A stretch of 64,000 bases of DNA from Candidatus Bathyarchaeota archaeon (GCA_963811105.1 CAWEPZ010000009.1:320001-384000); one strand, 5' to 3'; numbered from the stretch's first letter, positions 20,967 through 32,538 are shown. Made by a program: numbers and translations. The notes: generated from the sequence alone by a model not told the origin.

Positions 20967-21407
20967 TTACCTGCTGTATAGTCCTATCAATTCGCCTTTA
21001 GCTAATATATGACCTTGCATTGCTTTTTCAACATCTTTCTTTTTTGAGCTGATGCCCAAATTAAGCTCTGTGTCTAAAGCATAGACTTTAAAAAAATAAC
21101 GATGCGTACCTGAAGGTGGACAGGGACCCATGTAGCCTTGTTGTCTTGCACCATTCATTCCCTCTATTCCTGGAACCTTGTCCTCACCTATTTGATTGGT
21201 TGATGCGGGAATATTCCAGACAACCCAATGGTCAAAGGTGCCGCTTGGCGCATCAGGATCATCCATAATAAGAGCAAGGGTTTTTGCTTCTTTAGGTATG
21301 CCTTCTATGCTGAGCGGTGGATTGATGTCTTTTCCATCGCAACTGTATTTTTTAGGAATCGGCTTGTTGGGTTCAAACACTGAACTCTTTACTGTTAATT
21401 CCTTCAT
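20967..21407 (-). CDS. YbhB/YbcL family PEBP (Raf kinase inhibitor-like) protein
   Basis: DDPDAPSGTFDHWVVWNI, YMGPCPPSGTHRYFFKVYALD. Confidence 0.92.
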   Translation of the reverse strand: MKELTVKSSVFEPNKPIPKKYSCDGKDINPPLSIEGIPKEAKTLALIMDDPDAPSGTFDHWVVWNIPASTNQIGEDKVPGIEGMNGARQQGYMGPCPPSGTHRYFFKVYALDTELNLGISSKKKDVEKAMQGHILAKGELIGLYSR

Positions 21408-21461
21408 AAAAATGCCCTAAATGAGAAATATCGGTTCTGTTAGATAAAACTTACCGAATCT

Positions 21462-21643
21462 GAAGTTAGGATTTTTTTTCTTTCGCTTCTCAATTACTAT
21501 CTTGCCGTCTTAGTGGGAAAGCTCACTTTAACAGGCGTTGAATTGCTGCATTTTAGTGGAAATATGCTGTCATTGACCGCGCAGACTGGCGGATAAAGCA
21601 GGTAGCTGCCATTTTTTTGCCTAAATATTGTTTTCCCCCTCAT
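21462..21643 (-). pseudogene. Small degenerate AbrB/SpoVT-like beta-hairpin protein gene
   Basis: MRGKTIFRQKNGSYLLYPP..VNDSIFPLK..VKVSF, then a frameshift into DGKIVIEK. Confidence 0.3.
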
Positions 21644-21741
21644 TCCCACATCAATTACGCAACCGAGTTAACGTTATCTCGTTATAAGCTTTTAAATTTG
21701 ATTATAAAAACTGAAAAATAAGGCGCATGGAGGGGATGCGT

Positions 21742-23412
21742 TTAGATTTCTGCCTTTCGCAAAAGCTCTTTTGCACTGTTAATATTAATTTTGTAGAAGA
21801 CTGCGGAAATAGCTATCGAAATCGCGGCACTTATGGAAACGCCAATCGTGTAGTTAAAGGTACTCACGGACGTGCCATATAATAACGCTAAACCGTATTG
21901 AATAAACACCGGTGCAAAAACCACAGCGCCAACAATAATGCCGACAATAGACCCTATCAGTGACCATTCCTGTCGAATCATTCTCTGCCTTCGAGTCCCG
22001 GAAAAGTCAGGGCCTTTAAAACCGATTTGAAGCGAAACCGATGCCACGGCGACAGCCATAAAAAAGGATTCTATCAAAGCTACGATTGCTTTTTTCAGGG
22101 TTGGCTGGAAGACTATAATGCCTATGAATCCACTTGCCAATAAAACAATAACTGAGAAGATGATGGTTAAGAAAAATTTGCTTTTAACCAAGTTCTTGCC
22201 TGAAATTGGTGAAGCGTAAATTCGCCAGACCGCTTGACCTTCCTCACCTATCGAAATCTGTCCTAGCAGCATCGCCATGCCACTAGCAGGCACCAGAAAA
22301 ATTACGCCAGGCCAAATTGAGAAAGTTGAGGATGCTGCTGCTCCATTGTTACCGAAACCAAATGAATAGAAAATCGAAATTATTACTATGATAATAGGGA
22401 AAAAGTAAACCCCTATTAACTCACGACGCCTAGTAAACGCCCTTAAATCCTTTCGAATCAAAGCTGCTTCAACGCTGGAAAAGCCGAGTTTGCCTAAAAT
22501 CCCGGTTTTCGGCGTATAGACGCCGCTTTTCTGCAACGTTATTGCGGGGGGCTCATAGAGTCCGAATCGCTTGTTTAATTCGACGGCAAGGAAGTACAAG
22601 GCGGCAATTAGAAGAGCCGACAAAGCTATGAATAGGAGGCTCTGCAAAAAGAAACCTTTGGCAATATATGCGATTATGAGGGCGGGCCAAACAAAGGGCA
22701 CGTACCACGCTTCATTTTGGATGGCGGATAAGCTTGTAATGAAAGTGCTTGTTCCAGAAATTACTGAGAAATAGATGATGTAGAATATTACGATGATTAC
22801 TAACGAGCCTATAAGTCGCAACCATATGGCTGCTCTTCCGCTTGATTTGTAGACGGCGCCTGTAAAACGTACCTGTAAAACTCTTAGGCTTTCCGTTATC
22901 GAACTAGCAAAGAAAGCTGTGGCAAACAGTATGACTATTGTTAAAAGTGCTTGGAGAATTAATCCGTTGAACGCTGAAAAGACAATCAGCCCAGAGCTTA
23001 ATCCTACAACAACTGCTGCTGGCCATCCTAGCAAGTTAGCTAAGATTGATGCTAAAGTGTGCTCCTGCCAGGTTATTGGCAGCCAATACATCGGTTGACT
23101 TGATGCTTTTCCAGCCAACTGTATTTGCTGGAGTAAAGTAAAGACTATGCTGATACCCAAAACAAAAGTCGGCAATACAGAGAAGAAACCGACTGCTTCA
23201 GCGGGCTGTAATCCATTTGCTGTTCCTGAAAAAACAAGAGATACAACATAATTTGCCAAAAAACCGCTCAGTACACCAAGTATCGCTGCAACCCAGTAAG
23301 GCCAATACGCAATGAAACTATTTTCTTTGTACCTTGTGGCTTTTATTCCCCTGATCAGCCTGCCAGACTTACGTTCAATCCGAAACAGGTAGAGGACATT
23401 TCTCCAGTTCAT
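21742..23412 (-). CDS. ABC-2 type transporter permease (multi-TM)
   Basis: About 12 TM segments, ALIRKDLRAFTRR; overlaps the ATPase stop codon. Confidence 0.8.
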   Translation of the reverse strand: MNWRNVLYLFRIERKSGRLIRGIKATRYKENSFIAYWPYWVAAILGVLSGFLANYVVSLVFSGTANGLQPAEAVGFFSVLPTFVLGISIVFTLLQQIQLAGKASSQPMYWLPITWQEHTLASILANLLGWPAAVVVGLSSGLIVFSAFNGLILQALLTIVILFATAFFASSITESLRVLQVRFTGAVYKSSGRAAIWLRLIGSLVIIVIFYIIYFSVISGTSTFITSLSAIQNEAWYVPFVWPALIIAYIAKGFFLQSLLFIALSALLIAALYFLAVELNKRFGLYEPPAITLQKSGVYTPKTGILGKLGFSSVEAALIRKDLRAFTRRRELIGVYFFPIIIVIISIFYSFGFGNNGAAASSTFSIWPGVIFLVPASGMAMLLGQISIGEEGQAVWRIYASPISGKNLVKSKFFLTIIFSVIVLLASGFIGIIVFQPTLKKAIVALIESFFMAVAVASVSLQIGFKGPDFSGTRRQRMIRQEWSLIGSIVGIIVGAVVFAPVFIQYGLALLYGTSVSTFNYTIGVSISAAISIAISAVFYKININSAKELLRKAEI

Positions 23413-24182
23413 TTCATGAGTTCCTCAACAATAGCTCTTAAATCTTCAGTACCAGTCAATTTGAGGAAAACATCTTCTAACCCTGAGCCTGGCATGCGAG
23501 CTGTTTTTCTTAAGTCATCCATGTTGCCTAACGCCAAAATTTGCCCTTGATACATAATGCCTATTCGGTCGCATATTGCCTCGGCTATTTCAAGCACATG
23601 AGTGGACATTATGGTAGTTACTCCTTGGCTTTTTAGTTCATGCAGATAATCCTTAACTATCCTTGCACTTCTTGGATCCAAAGCGTTGAGCGGTTCATCA
23701 AGAATCAAAAGTTTGGGCTTGTGCAGGAAAGCGGAAATTAAGCTAATTTTCTTTTTCATGCCATCCGAGTAACTGTTTATCATGTCGCCTTCGCGTCCTT
23801 CAAGTTGGAGAGCTTTGAGGTACTCGAGTATTCGCTGCTTCTTCTCAGCTGTAGGCACACCATAGATGTCCCCAATAAAATCCAGGTACTCAATTCCAGT
23901 TAAAAACTCGTAAATGTTAGGCGATTCAGGAACGTAACCGACCAGCCGCTTAACTTCAACAGGTTGTTTCTGAACATCTAACCCTAAAACACTAACTGAC
24001 CCAGCGGTAGGCTGAACCAAACCCATTAGCATTTTGAGAGTAGTTGATTTTCCTGAACCGTTAGGTCCCAAAAGACCAAAGATTTCGCCAGTGCTAATTG
24101 TTAAGCTAAAGTTGTTTACTGCTAATATTTCGTTGTAGCGTTTTGTTACATCTTTCAGTTCAACCGCGTTCGGAATGGACAT
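23409..24182 (-). CDS. ABC transporter ATP-binding protein
   Basis: GPNGSGKST, YSDGM signature, LILDEP. Confidence 0.95.
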   Translation of the reverse strand: MSIPNAVELKDVTKRYNEILAVNNFSLTISTGEIFGLLGPNGSGKSTTLKMLMGLVQPTAGSVSVLGLDVQKQPVEVKRLVGYVPESPNIYEFLTGIEYLDFIGDIYGVPTAEKKQRILEYLKALQLEGREGDMINSYSDGMKKKISLISAFLHKPKLLILDEPLNALDPRSARIVKDYLHELKSQGVTTIMSTHVLEIAEAICDRIGIMYQGQILALGNMDDLRKTARMPGSGLEDVFLKLTGTEDLRAIVEELMK

Positions 24183-24327
24183 GATAAGGGCGCCTCAGGA
24201 GCAAAATAGAAAAGCCTCGGTATTTAAGGCTAATGCGTGTCTCCCGCTCTAACTATAATTGTTGTGTATCTATGCAACGCCATTTTTTCAATCATAAAAA
24301 AGGAAATATTTTGTCTTTTGGAAGCGT

Positions 24328-24765
24328 TTATATGAAGTTGAGTTCGAAGTCTATTGGAACATCCTCGCCCCATGACTGTCGTATAGGACAAATCTTTTGC
24401 GCCTTTCCATAAACGGTGGTTGCTTTTTTGCGTTCACGGTCATTATCTGTTTGCAAGCTAACGTTCATGTTGAAATGTACGTTTGTGAAAATTAGTTTCT
24501 CCATACCTTCAATATTCATTTTAACAATGGCTTCTGTTTCTAAGCTTTTAAGTTCTAATTGGCTGTTTTTGGCAATCAGAAGATACAGGGTGTTTATGCA
24601 TGATGCTAAGGCGGCGGCGAAAATGTCTTCAGGCACACAGTACCCTTCTTTTCCTCCAAACATTGGCGGTGGGCTAACAGTAATGATTTCTTTTCCTTTC
24701 ACGGAAAGTTGACATTCCATTCCGCTTTTCCAAGTTGCAGTTCCTTCAAAATTTATTTCTGGCAT
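24328..24765 (-). CDS. OsmC/Ohr family protein
   Basis: PPPMFGG..PEDIFAAALASC...AQKICPI; start taken at MPEINF. Confidence 0.85.
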   Translation of the reverse strand: MPEINFEGTATWKSGMECQLSVKGKEIITVSPPPMFGGKEGYCVPEDIFAAALASCINTLYLLIAKNSQLELKSLETEAIVKMNIEGMEKLIFTNVHFNMNVSLQTDNDRERKKATTVYGKAQKICPIRQSWGEDVPIDFELNFI

Positions 24766-24898
24766 AAAAATCACTAGATTAACGTAAAGGTAATTCTGGA
24801 AATTTAAGGTTGTGGACCCTTTTTCCTTTTTTGCCAATTTGGGTAAATAACCTTAAATCTTGCTCTTATTCCAATAGCTGAAAGAGAAACCAGAAAAA

Positions 24899-25888
24899 AT
24901 GCCGCATATTATTGAAACTCACCAATTAACAAAAGCCTACAATTCTCTTCAGGCAGTTGATAAACTAGATATAACTGTGGAGTCTGGCGAAATCTTTGGG
25001 CTCCTTGGACCCAACGGAGCGGGCAAAACCACAACCATATCAATGCTTTGCACAATTCTTAAGCCTACATCTGGTTCTGCAACAGTAAATGGCTTTGACA
25101 TTGTTAAAGAAGCAAACAAAGTGCGCAAGTCAATCGGCATCGTTTTTCAAGAGCCAAGCATCGATGATAGGTTAACAGGTAGAGAAAATCTTTACATGCA
25201 TGCCAACTTGTATGGGGTGCCTGCTTCGGAGCAGAGGGAACGCATAGATCGTATCCTTAAACTGGTTGAGCTTGAAGATAGGGCTAATGATTTGCTCCGT
25301 ACATATTCAGGTGGAATGAGGCGCAGACTAGAGTTGGGTCGGGGATTAATTCATTACCCGAAAGTGCTTTTTTTGGATGAGCCTACAGTTGGGTTGGATC
25401 CGCAAACAAGAGATCACATTTGGAAGTATATTCATGAGTTGAAAAAGGCTCAGGACATAACGGTAGTTTTAACTACTCATTATATGGATGAAGCAGATAG
25501 GCTGTCCGACCGCATAGCCATCATGGACCACGGCAAAATTGTGGTTTTAGATTCACCTCCAAAACTCAAGGAGACACTTGAAGGCGACGTAGTGGTCGTT
25601 AGGGCAAATAACATTGATGCTCTTTCTGAGCTCGTTACCAAATTCCTTGGGCTTGAAAAGAAGCAGATTGTTGACAGCGCCCTTGAAATCACCGTGCGAA
25701 ATGGCAAAGCTGTAATGCCCAGGATTATGGAGTTAGCGACCCAAAATAACATTTACGTTGAATCTTTGCTTTTGCGGGAGCCAAACTTGGAAGATGTTTT
25801 CCTGCATTATACCGGTAGGACGATTCGTGAAGATTCAGGCAAAGAGTTACATGGAATGTCTGCAATTCAGAGGAGAAAAATTCATTGA
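24899..25888 (+). CDS. DrrA-like ABC-2 exporter ATP-binding protein
   Basis: GPNGAGKTT, YSGGM, FLDEPTVGLDP, C-terminal EPNLEDVFLHYTG. Confidence 0.95.
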   Translation: MPHIIETHQLTKAYNSLQAVDKLDITVESGEIFGLLGPNGAGKTTTISMLCTILKPTSGSATVNGFDIVKEANKVRKSIGIVFQEPSIDDRLTGRENLYMHANLYGVPASEQRERIDRILKLVELEDRANDLLRTYSGGMRRRLELGRGLIHYPKVLFLDEPTVGLDPQTRDHIWKYIHELKKAQDITVVLTTHYMDEADRLSDRIAIMDHGKIVVLDSPPKLKETLEGDVVVVRANNIDALSELVTKFLGLEKKQIVDSALEITVRNGKAVMPRIMELATQNNIYVESLLLREPNLEDVFLHYTGRTIREDSGKELHGMSAIQRRKIH

Positions 25889-26658
25889 GTGAAATAAGAG
25901 GCTTCTACACTCTTTGGCTGCGTGAAATCAAGCGGTTCCTCAGGGACAGAATAAGAATTGTCAGCATGTTTATTCAGCCTCTACTTTGGCTTGTCATTTT
26001 TGGCGCTGGGTTTGGTTTACGATTCACAATTCCAGGCTTAACCTATCAACAGGTAATTTTTCCAGGGATAGTCGGCCAAACGTTGCTTTTTACAGCTATG
26101 TTTATGGGAATAAGTGTAATTTGGGACAAAGAATTCGGGTTTATGAAAGAAATTCTTGTTTCACCGATTTCGCGGCTTAGTATTTTTCTCGGGAAGATGG
26201 TTGGTGATAGCTCTTCCGCTTTTCTTCAAGGTATAATTGTCTTTGTTGTGGGTGTGGCATTGGGAATTCCGATTGACCCTGTATCTTTCCTTTATGCGCT
26301 TCCCATTATGATTTTGATAACTTTTGGTCTAGTTAGCATCGGATTAACCATAGCAAGTTTCATGGGCAATCTTGAAAGTTTCGGGGCCATCCAAACATTC
26401 ATCAACCTACCCCTATTCTTCTTAAGCGGCGCCTTGTTTCCACTTAAGGGACCTGGAATTAGCTTGCCCAGCTGGTTAACAACAGTTGCCGCGGGAAACC
26501 CATTAACGTATGGGGTTGACGCGCTTCGACATGTCATGTTTGGTCCAGTATGGAATTCGCTTGCAATTCAACCACTGTGGATTGACATTGGAATTGTTGC
26601 ATTATTTGATGGAATCATGATTGTGGTTGGCACTTGGGCTTTTACAAAAATGAAATAG
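25885..26658 (+). CDS. DrrB-like ABC-2 exporter permease
   Basis: WDKEFGFMKEILVSP, FFLSGALFP, NPLTYGVDALR. Confidence 0.92.
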   Translation: MSEIRGFYTLWLREIKRFLRDRIRIVSMFIQPLLWLVIFGAGFGLRFTIPGLTYQQVIFPGIVGQTLLFTAMFMGISVIWDKEFGFMKEILVSPISRLSIFLGKMVGDSSSAFLQGIIVFVVGVALGIPIDPVSFLYALPIMILITFGLVSIGLTIASFMGNLESFGAIQTFINLPLFFLSGALFPLKGPGISLPSWLTTVAAGNPLTYGVDALRHVMFGPVWNSLAIQPLWIDIGIVALFDGIMIVVGTWAFTKMK

Positions 26659-26742
26659 ATAGAATAACCTCTGTAGAAGCTGTTGGTTTCACGGGAATTT
26701 GTTATTTTTCAAAATTGGAAAAAGAAACTGAGAAAAGACTGT

Positions 26743-27030
26743 TTATTGCTTGTTGGTCATTTCGTTGATTTGCTGTTCCATTGCGTGTCCACGGCAGTAA
26801 ACTACTGCTTTTGTTACGCCTGGAACAGATTTTGCTGCGGCTTTGATGTCTGCAGCGAGCTTAAATGCTATTGGGCAGAATGGGCTTGTTGGAACGAATT
26901 CAACTGTGAATTCGCCTGGCGCTGTTTCTTTGACGCTTTGAATCATTTGCATTTCGGCGAAGCTTTGTCCTGTTTCGGGGTCTTGTACTTTGCCTACTTC
27001 TTCGCGTACTTTATTTTCTAAGTCACTCAT
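26743..27030 (-). CDS. DUF59/SufT (MIP18) Fe-S assembly protein
   Basis: VQDPETG...PTSPFCPIA; start taken at MSDLENK. Confidence 0.85.
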   Translation of the reverse strand: MSDLENKVREEVGKVQDPETGQSFAEMQMIQSVKETAPGEFTVEFVPTSPFCPIAFKLAADIKAAAKSVPGVTKAVVYCRGHAMEQQINEMTNKQ

Positions 27031-27113
27031 TTTTTTAACCTCTCGGTTTTCTAAAAAGAAATATGAAAGCCACAACATATAAACTGATTGTTCAAGCGTA
27101 ATTCAAAGTAAGG

Positions 27114-27551
27114 ATGGTGCTTGGTTTGGCCTTTGACCCATCATGCATATTCTGCAAAATAGTAGAAAAGCAAGAGCCGGCAAGCGTCCTTTACGAAGAC
27201 GATTTAGTAATGGCTTTTCTGGACATAAGACCGTTAAACTTGGGCCACGCGCTTGTGATACCTAAGAAGCATTATGTTGACATTTTTGATACGACAAAAA
27301 GCGAGCTCAGTCAAGTTTACATAGTTGCTAAACAGATTTCCTTCGCCGTAAAAAAAGCCACCAACGCCGATGGCATAAGCATTATCCAACAAAACGGTAA
27401 AGCCGCAGGCCAAGATATCTTTCATCTGCACGTGCATGTTGTTCCAAGGTTTGAAGGACAGAAACTACCGCGTTTTAGTGAACTTAAACAAGTTGAAAGA
27501 TCTGAGCTTGATATTATGGCGGAGAAAATAAGGCAAGAGCTCAAAACATAA
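27114..27551 (+). CDS. HIT family nucleotide hydrolase
   Basis: CIFCKI; HLHVHVVPR histidine triad. Confidence 0.95.
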   Translation: MVLGLAFDPSCIFCKIVEKQEPASVLYEDDLVMAFLDIRPLNLGHALVIPKKHYVDIFDTTKSELSQVYIVAKQISFAVKKATNADGISIIQQNGKAAGQDIFHLHVHVVPRFEGQKLPRFSELKQVERSELDIMAEKIRQELKT

Positions 27552-27710
27552 ATTCTGTTTTTTGTGTGTAATTTTTGACTCTATGAAATTGGAGGCTGGA
27601 AATATGTCTTAGAATATTGGTATTGATTTTTTGGCAGATTTTTGAATGCTGTGATTTGGGCTGCTTTTTTAATTTAGGGTTTGTTTTGTTTGTAGGTTGC
27701 GTCTAGAATT

Positions 27711-27750
27711 ATCGCAGATTATCGCGTTTCATCGCAAATCATCTCGAAAA
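27711..27750. repeat. Four 10-bp-phased ATC(G/T)C units
   Basis: ATCGCAGATT ATCGCGTTTC ATCGCAAATC ATCTCGAAAA. Confidence 0.55.
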
Positions 27751-27791
27751 CTAAAGAAATGTTAATTGAAAAGACCAAGTTCAAAACCCAT

Positions 27792-30369
27792 CTAATAGTT
27801 TCGTTTTTTCGTAACATAAATTTGTTCTAGAAGGTAAGCGTATCGTTTGAGGAACCATTTCTTGACAACCTCAACCAAAAGCAAATAGCCAACTATTAGC
27901 CCCGCCAGAACCAAATAGAACGTTGCAGGGGGAGGAGAGAAATTGAATATAGCGCCAAGTGGCGTATAAGGCAGTGTGAAAGCAACCGCAACTACGGCCA
28001 GGCAACTTATAACCAAAAATTTACCTGGCTTGCTCTTGTAAAAAGGCGTTTTTCTGGTTCGAAGAACAAAAACTACAAGCGTTTGAGTCGTCAGTGACTC
28101 GACAAACCAAGCGGTTTGAAAAATGGGAACCGTAGCTCGGAATACCACCAACAACAAGAAGAAGGTTAGAAAATCAAATATGGAGCTAACCGGTCCCATG
28201 GTCAACATGAATCTTCGTATGTAAGAAATATCCAGCCTTTTGGGCTTTTCAATGTACTCCTCGTCTACGTTGTCTGTCGGTATGGTTGCTTCAGAGAGGT
28301 CGTACAAGAGGTTATTTAGGAGTATTTGGATTGCCGTCATGGGCAGAAAGCTCAGGAAAAGGGATGCTCCGGCTACACTGAACATTGTGCCAAAGTTTGA
28401 GCTGACACCCATCATAATGTACTTCATTGTGTTACCGAAGGTCTTTCTTCCTTCTAAAACCCCTTCATTAAGCACTTTCAAGTCAGGTTGTAGTAGTATC
28501 AGGTCAGCGGATTCTTTCGCAACATCAACAGCATTCTCAACCGATATGCCTACATCGGCGGTTTTTATAGATGGAGCGTCATTGATTCCGTCACCCATGT
28601 ACCCTACAACATGACCATTGGCTCTCAGAGCACTGATTACTCGGTCTTTTTGAGCTGGGTTCATGCGGGTAAAAACATTGTTATCCTCCACAACTCGAGC
28701 CAAAGCATCATCCTGCAGTTGGGCGATTTCGTTTCCTGTGATGACTCCTTCTATATTGAAGCAAAGCTGCTGGCAGACTGTTTTAGTAACCAACTCGTTG
28801 TCGCCCGTGATGATCTTAAGTTCAACTCCGCCTCTAGCCAACAAACCAATAGATTCCTTCGCACTCTCTTTAGGCGGGTCAGAAAAAGACAAAAAACCCA
28901 GAAAAACCATGCCTGTTTCGTCGCTAATTGAGTAATGCGTTTTATCATCTTTGACTTTTTTGTATGCGACTGCTAAAACTCTGTATCCCCGAGCGCTTAG
29001 GTCGTTGTATCTCTGCTCAAACGTGGCTTGGCAAACACTTCCAAAATCTGTTAGGATTTCGTCAGTTTCGCAGAAAGCTAAGATTTTCAAGATTTCCTCC
29101 GGAGCACCCTTGGAGACTATCAATCTTTGCCCTTTGTACTCAACAACTACCGAAACGCGTCTTCGAATGAAGTCAAATGGAATTTCATCAATTTTGGTTA
29201 TTCCAGTAACGTCGAACTTCTTATACTGGAGTACGGCATCATCAAGAGGGCTTCTCAAACCTGTTTCATAAACGCAGTTGAAATAACCATACATCAGCAC
29301 TTTCTGATCTTCTTTTCCCTGTAAATTCTCATATTCGTTAAGCGTAAGCTTGTTCTCAGTAAGCGTACCAGTTTTATCAGTACACAAAACATCCATATTA
29401 CCAAAGTTCTGGATGGCCGCCAGTCTTTTTACGATAACACCTTTTTTGTACATCGCCACAGCTCCTCTGGACAAGTTGATGGACATTATCATTGGCAGAA
29501 GCTCCGGTGTCAAGCCTACAGCAAGAGCCACTGCGAAAAGAAGCGACTGCAAAATGGTGCGACTGCCTGAATAGAAAAATGCGTTCACAAAAAAAACGAA
29601 AACAACAAGGAAAAGCGTAACTTCAGTCATTAATGCTCCAAAGCGCCGAAGCCCCTTCTCAAACTCGGTTTCAGGCTCCTTAGACGCAAGCTCTTTCGCG
29701 ATTTTCCCGTATTCCGTTAATTTCCCAGTCTTTACGACAACTGCCTTTCCAGTACCACTAACCACTGAAGTACCCAAAAAAACGTAGTTGCCCCAACTCG
29801 TCATATCAGACGTCACTGATGAAAGTGGGGCGGCATTCTTTTCAACTGGAAACGCCTCTCCTGTTAACGCCGATTGATTAAGGTTCAAATCCTTTGCATT
29901 GATTAATCTGGAATCGGCGGGGACAAGGTCTCCAGCTATCAAATACACAATATCGCCTGGCACAATTTCGGAAAACTTTACATCTTGTTTAACACCGTCT
30001 CTGAGAACCGCTGCTTTTGTGGTCACTCTTTCTTTAAGCGCTTCGGCGGCATTCTGAGCCTTCGATTCTTGATAAACGTCAAGACTGATACTTAGAAGAA
30101 CAATGAAGAAAATTATGACTGCATCAGTTGTGTCACCCACAATTCCAGAGACTAGACCTGCAATTAGCAGGATAAGAACAAGCGGATTTCTCAAGTGATA
30201 AAGAATTTCAATAAACCCAGTTCGTTTCTGTTTCTCGGCCAGCTCGTTTGGGCCATAAGTTGAATAACGATTTTGAGCCTCTTGAGCGGATAAACCAGAT
30301 TGGGATGTCTTAAGTCTTAGCCAAAACATCACCAGCAGGAAGAGACAAAATCTCTTGGTTATCCGCCAT
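27792..30369 (-). CDS. mgtA: Magnesium-translocating P-type ATPase (one +1 frameshift near the 5' end)
   Basis: LTGEAFP, GLTPELLP, DKTGTLT, KGAPE, MGDGINDAP, NNLLYD. The probable start MADNQEILSLP at 30369 joins the main frame if one A is removed at ~30318. Confidence 0.9.
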
Positions 30370-31228
30370 AATCAACCACTAAATAGTTGTCAAAGCATAA
30401 TTTTTCGAGTAACTATTAAACATTGAGCGCAGCCACGGTTGGCTGCTTGCAATCGAATTTTAAGTTTAGGTCCTTATATTTTCTTTCAACCTTTTTCTTT
30501 TTGACGCCATAAATGAGAGAGTTAGAATCTTTTTTATGGCTAAGCTTTGCTATTGATCTCTTACTACATGCGAGAGGTTGTCTTTTCTTTGTTTGCTTTT
30601 CGTTGTTTTGATTAAGCTACTGATTTTAGTGGCGTTTATTGATTTACTTGTTTTCCATTGTTGTTTTTGGGTAAAATGGCTTTCTAACGCTTGCTTTCAG
30701 ATTGTAATGTGTATTTGGTCTCTTAGTTGGTGTTGAAGCATTGAAAACTATTAGTATAGAGAGAATTTTAGAAAAGTTTTCTAAGCAAGTAACTGGGTTG
30801 CTCTGGATTTTTGTTTTGTCTCGTTGCATAAACTTAATTAGCGAATTTTTGGAGTACAAAGTCGAAGTTAGAGAGAGACCACGAAGTTGATGCTTTGAGG
30901 TACGCGTTTAAACTTCAAAAAAAATATTTGCTCCGTTGGGAGCTTTCAGATTTGGGTACCATAAACGAATGTTTAGTCATTTTTCTTCAAGGTTTAATTG
31001 TTTTTTAAACTTGAGAGGACATAAACTAACGCCAAAGAATACTTTGGTAAAATTAAGTTTATCAAGCTTTTCTTCTAAATTCAGGTTTATGCTTATTTTA
31101 TAAGAATAACACCTGGTAAAAGTTTCCTGACCCAAGCTTACTTTCTTAAAATCTGCATAACATAGTGAGAGCCAAGGGTTCCATAAAAGGTTCAGCAACA
31201 TTTTGCAAGAAAGCAAATGGAAGCAATC

Positions 31229-31256
31229 TGTTCTTTTTCAGAACAACAGTGTTCTG
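31229..31256. promoter_or_regulatory. Candidate operator with overlapping palindromes
   Basis: TGTTCT-N5-AGAACA and CAGAACA-N4-TGTTCTG lie about 50 bp upstream of 31307. Confidence 0.45.
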
Positions 31257-31306
31257 TAGGGAGAATTATTAGGATGTTTAGCTGATATGGAAACGGCGAT
31301 AAGAAG

Positions 31307-32053
31307 ATGATATTTGCAACGAACAAAACATTACTCATTGGTTGCGTTTTAGCCTTGATAATTGGTGCATCAACAGTTTTGCCAATTCTATTATTTGCAG
31401 CTTCTGAAAATAATAAGCATTATCCAACAGATGTTATTCCTAATCCTCAATCAGCTTATTCTCAAATAGGTGCACAAATGTCACAAGCCTCGGTTTGGCT
31501 GGGCACTATGACAGAATGGTCAGAAGCAGCCAACGCGGTAGTTGAAGTCCAAGCAATTAGAGGCAGTTTTAACCTCAACTGTACAAAGTACCTAAATAAC
31601 AATGAGTCAATACCTGATGCAGAAGTCGATTACTTTTTAATCGAGCTATCCACAGAAAGTGGGACTGTTTTAAAATCAGTTATGCAAGGCGTAGAAGTAA
31701 CTTATCAACCTCATTTTAACTGGGGTTTTAATAATCATACAGGCAATTATGGCTCTGATTGGAATGGATTGTTTGGCACTCAGATAAGTGGTATGAGTGT
31801 CGGTGGTGTTGGTCCTTGGATACCAGGTACCTCTCAAGACATCATGCCACAGTATTTTGGCGTATCATTGGAGGCAAATTCACCAAACATTCAAGTCCTA
31901 AAAAACAGTCAAACGCTAATTATGACTGTAAGCAGGTTCGGGACCGTCATAATTAGGGGCGACTCCACCGATGTATCAACAGTAGATCAAGGGCTAATTG
32001 AACAAGTTCAACTGGAAAAATCCGGAAATACGTTCATATATAGTGCAAAATAG
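31307..32053 (+). CDS. Membrane-anchored extracellular hypothetical protein
   Basis: N-terminal hydrophobic anchor; 248-aa ORF. Confidence 0.7.
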   Translation: MIFATNKTLLIGCVLALIIGASTVLPILLFAASENNKHYPTDVIPNPQSAYSQIGAQMSQASVWLGTMTEWSEAANAVVEVQAIRGSFNLNCTKYLNNNESIPDAEVDYFLIELSTESGTVLKSVMQGVEVTYQPHFNWGFNNHTGNYGSDWNGLFGTQISGMSVGGVGPWIPGTSQDIMPQYFGVSLEANSPNIQVLKNSQTLIMTVSRFGTVIIRGDSTDVSTVDQGLIEQVQLEKSGNTFIYSAK

Positions 32054-32063
32054 AGCCAACGGA

Positions 32064-32538
32064 TTGAGCAACGTGAAAAGCCTCGAAAGAACTGAAAACG
32101 CAGATAGCTATGAACTGGAAGGCAAGACATTAATTGTCTATGCCTATGTGGCAAAAGAAGGCAAACCTGTTGGTATAAGAGATGTCACTCGCGGAGCCAA
32201 TCTAAGCAGTCCTAGCGTTGCGTCTAGGCATCTGCAAAAGCTTGAAGGTCTAGGTCTTGCTAGAGAAAAATGTTTATGGCGACTACATTCTTAAGGAGAA
32301 GATTTCTGTTAGCGGAAGCTTCTGGATAGGAAAAAACATGGTTCCACGAATGATACTTTACTCGTTTTTCTTTATGGGAGCTCTAATAGCAGAAGTTGCC
32401 GTTATTCTATACATTTTTCTATCTGGGCTTGAAATACAAACAAATTATCTCTTCATTACAGTTTTACTGCTAACTGTTACAGCTATGGTTATTTTCTTGA
32501 GCGAAGCAATTGCCTTATCTCACAAACAAAAGAAATAA
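32064..32538 (+). CDS. Winged-HTH regulator with two C-terminal TM helices (split by a +1 frameshift at ~32256)
   Basis: VGIRDVTRGANLSSPSVASRHLQKLEGLG | LLEKNVYGDYILKEK, then two TM segments. Confidence 0.7.

Noticed and set aside
30428-30445. GCAGCCA/TGGCTGC hairpin as a Mg2+ riboswitch for mgtA
   Set aside because: A short stem that lies upstream of the probable TATA box, so it is unlikely to be in the transcript; no M-box features.
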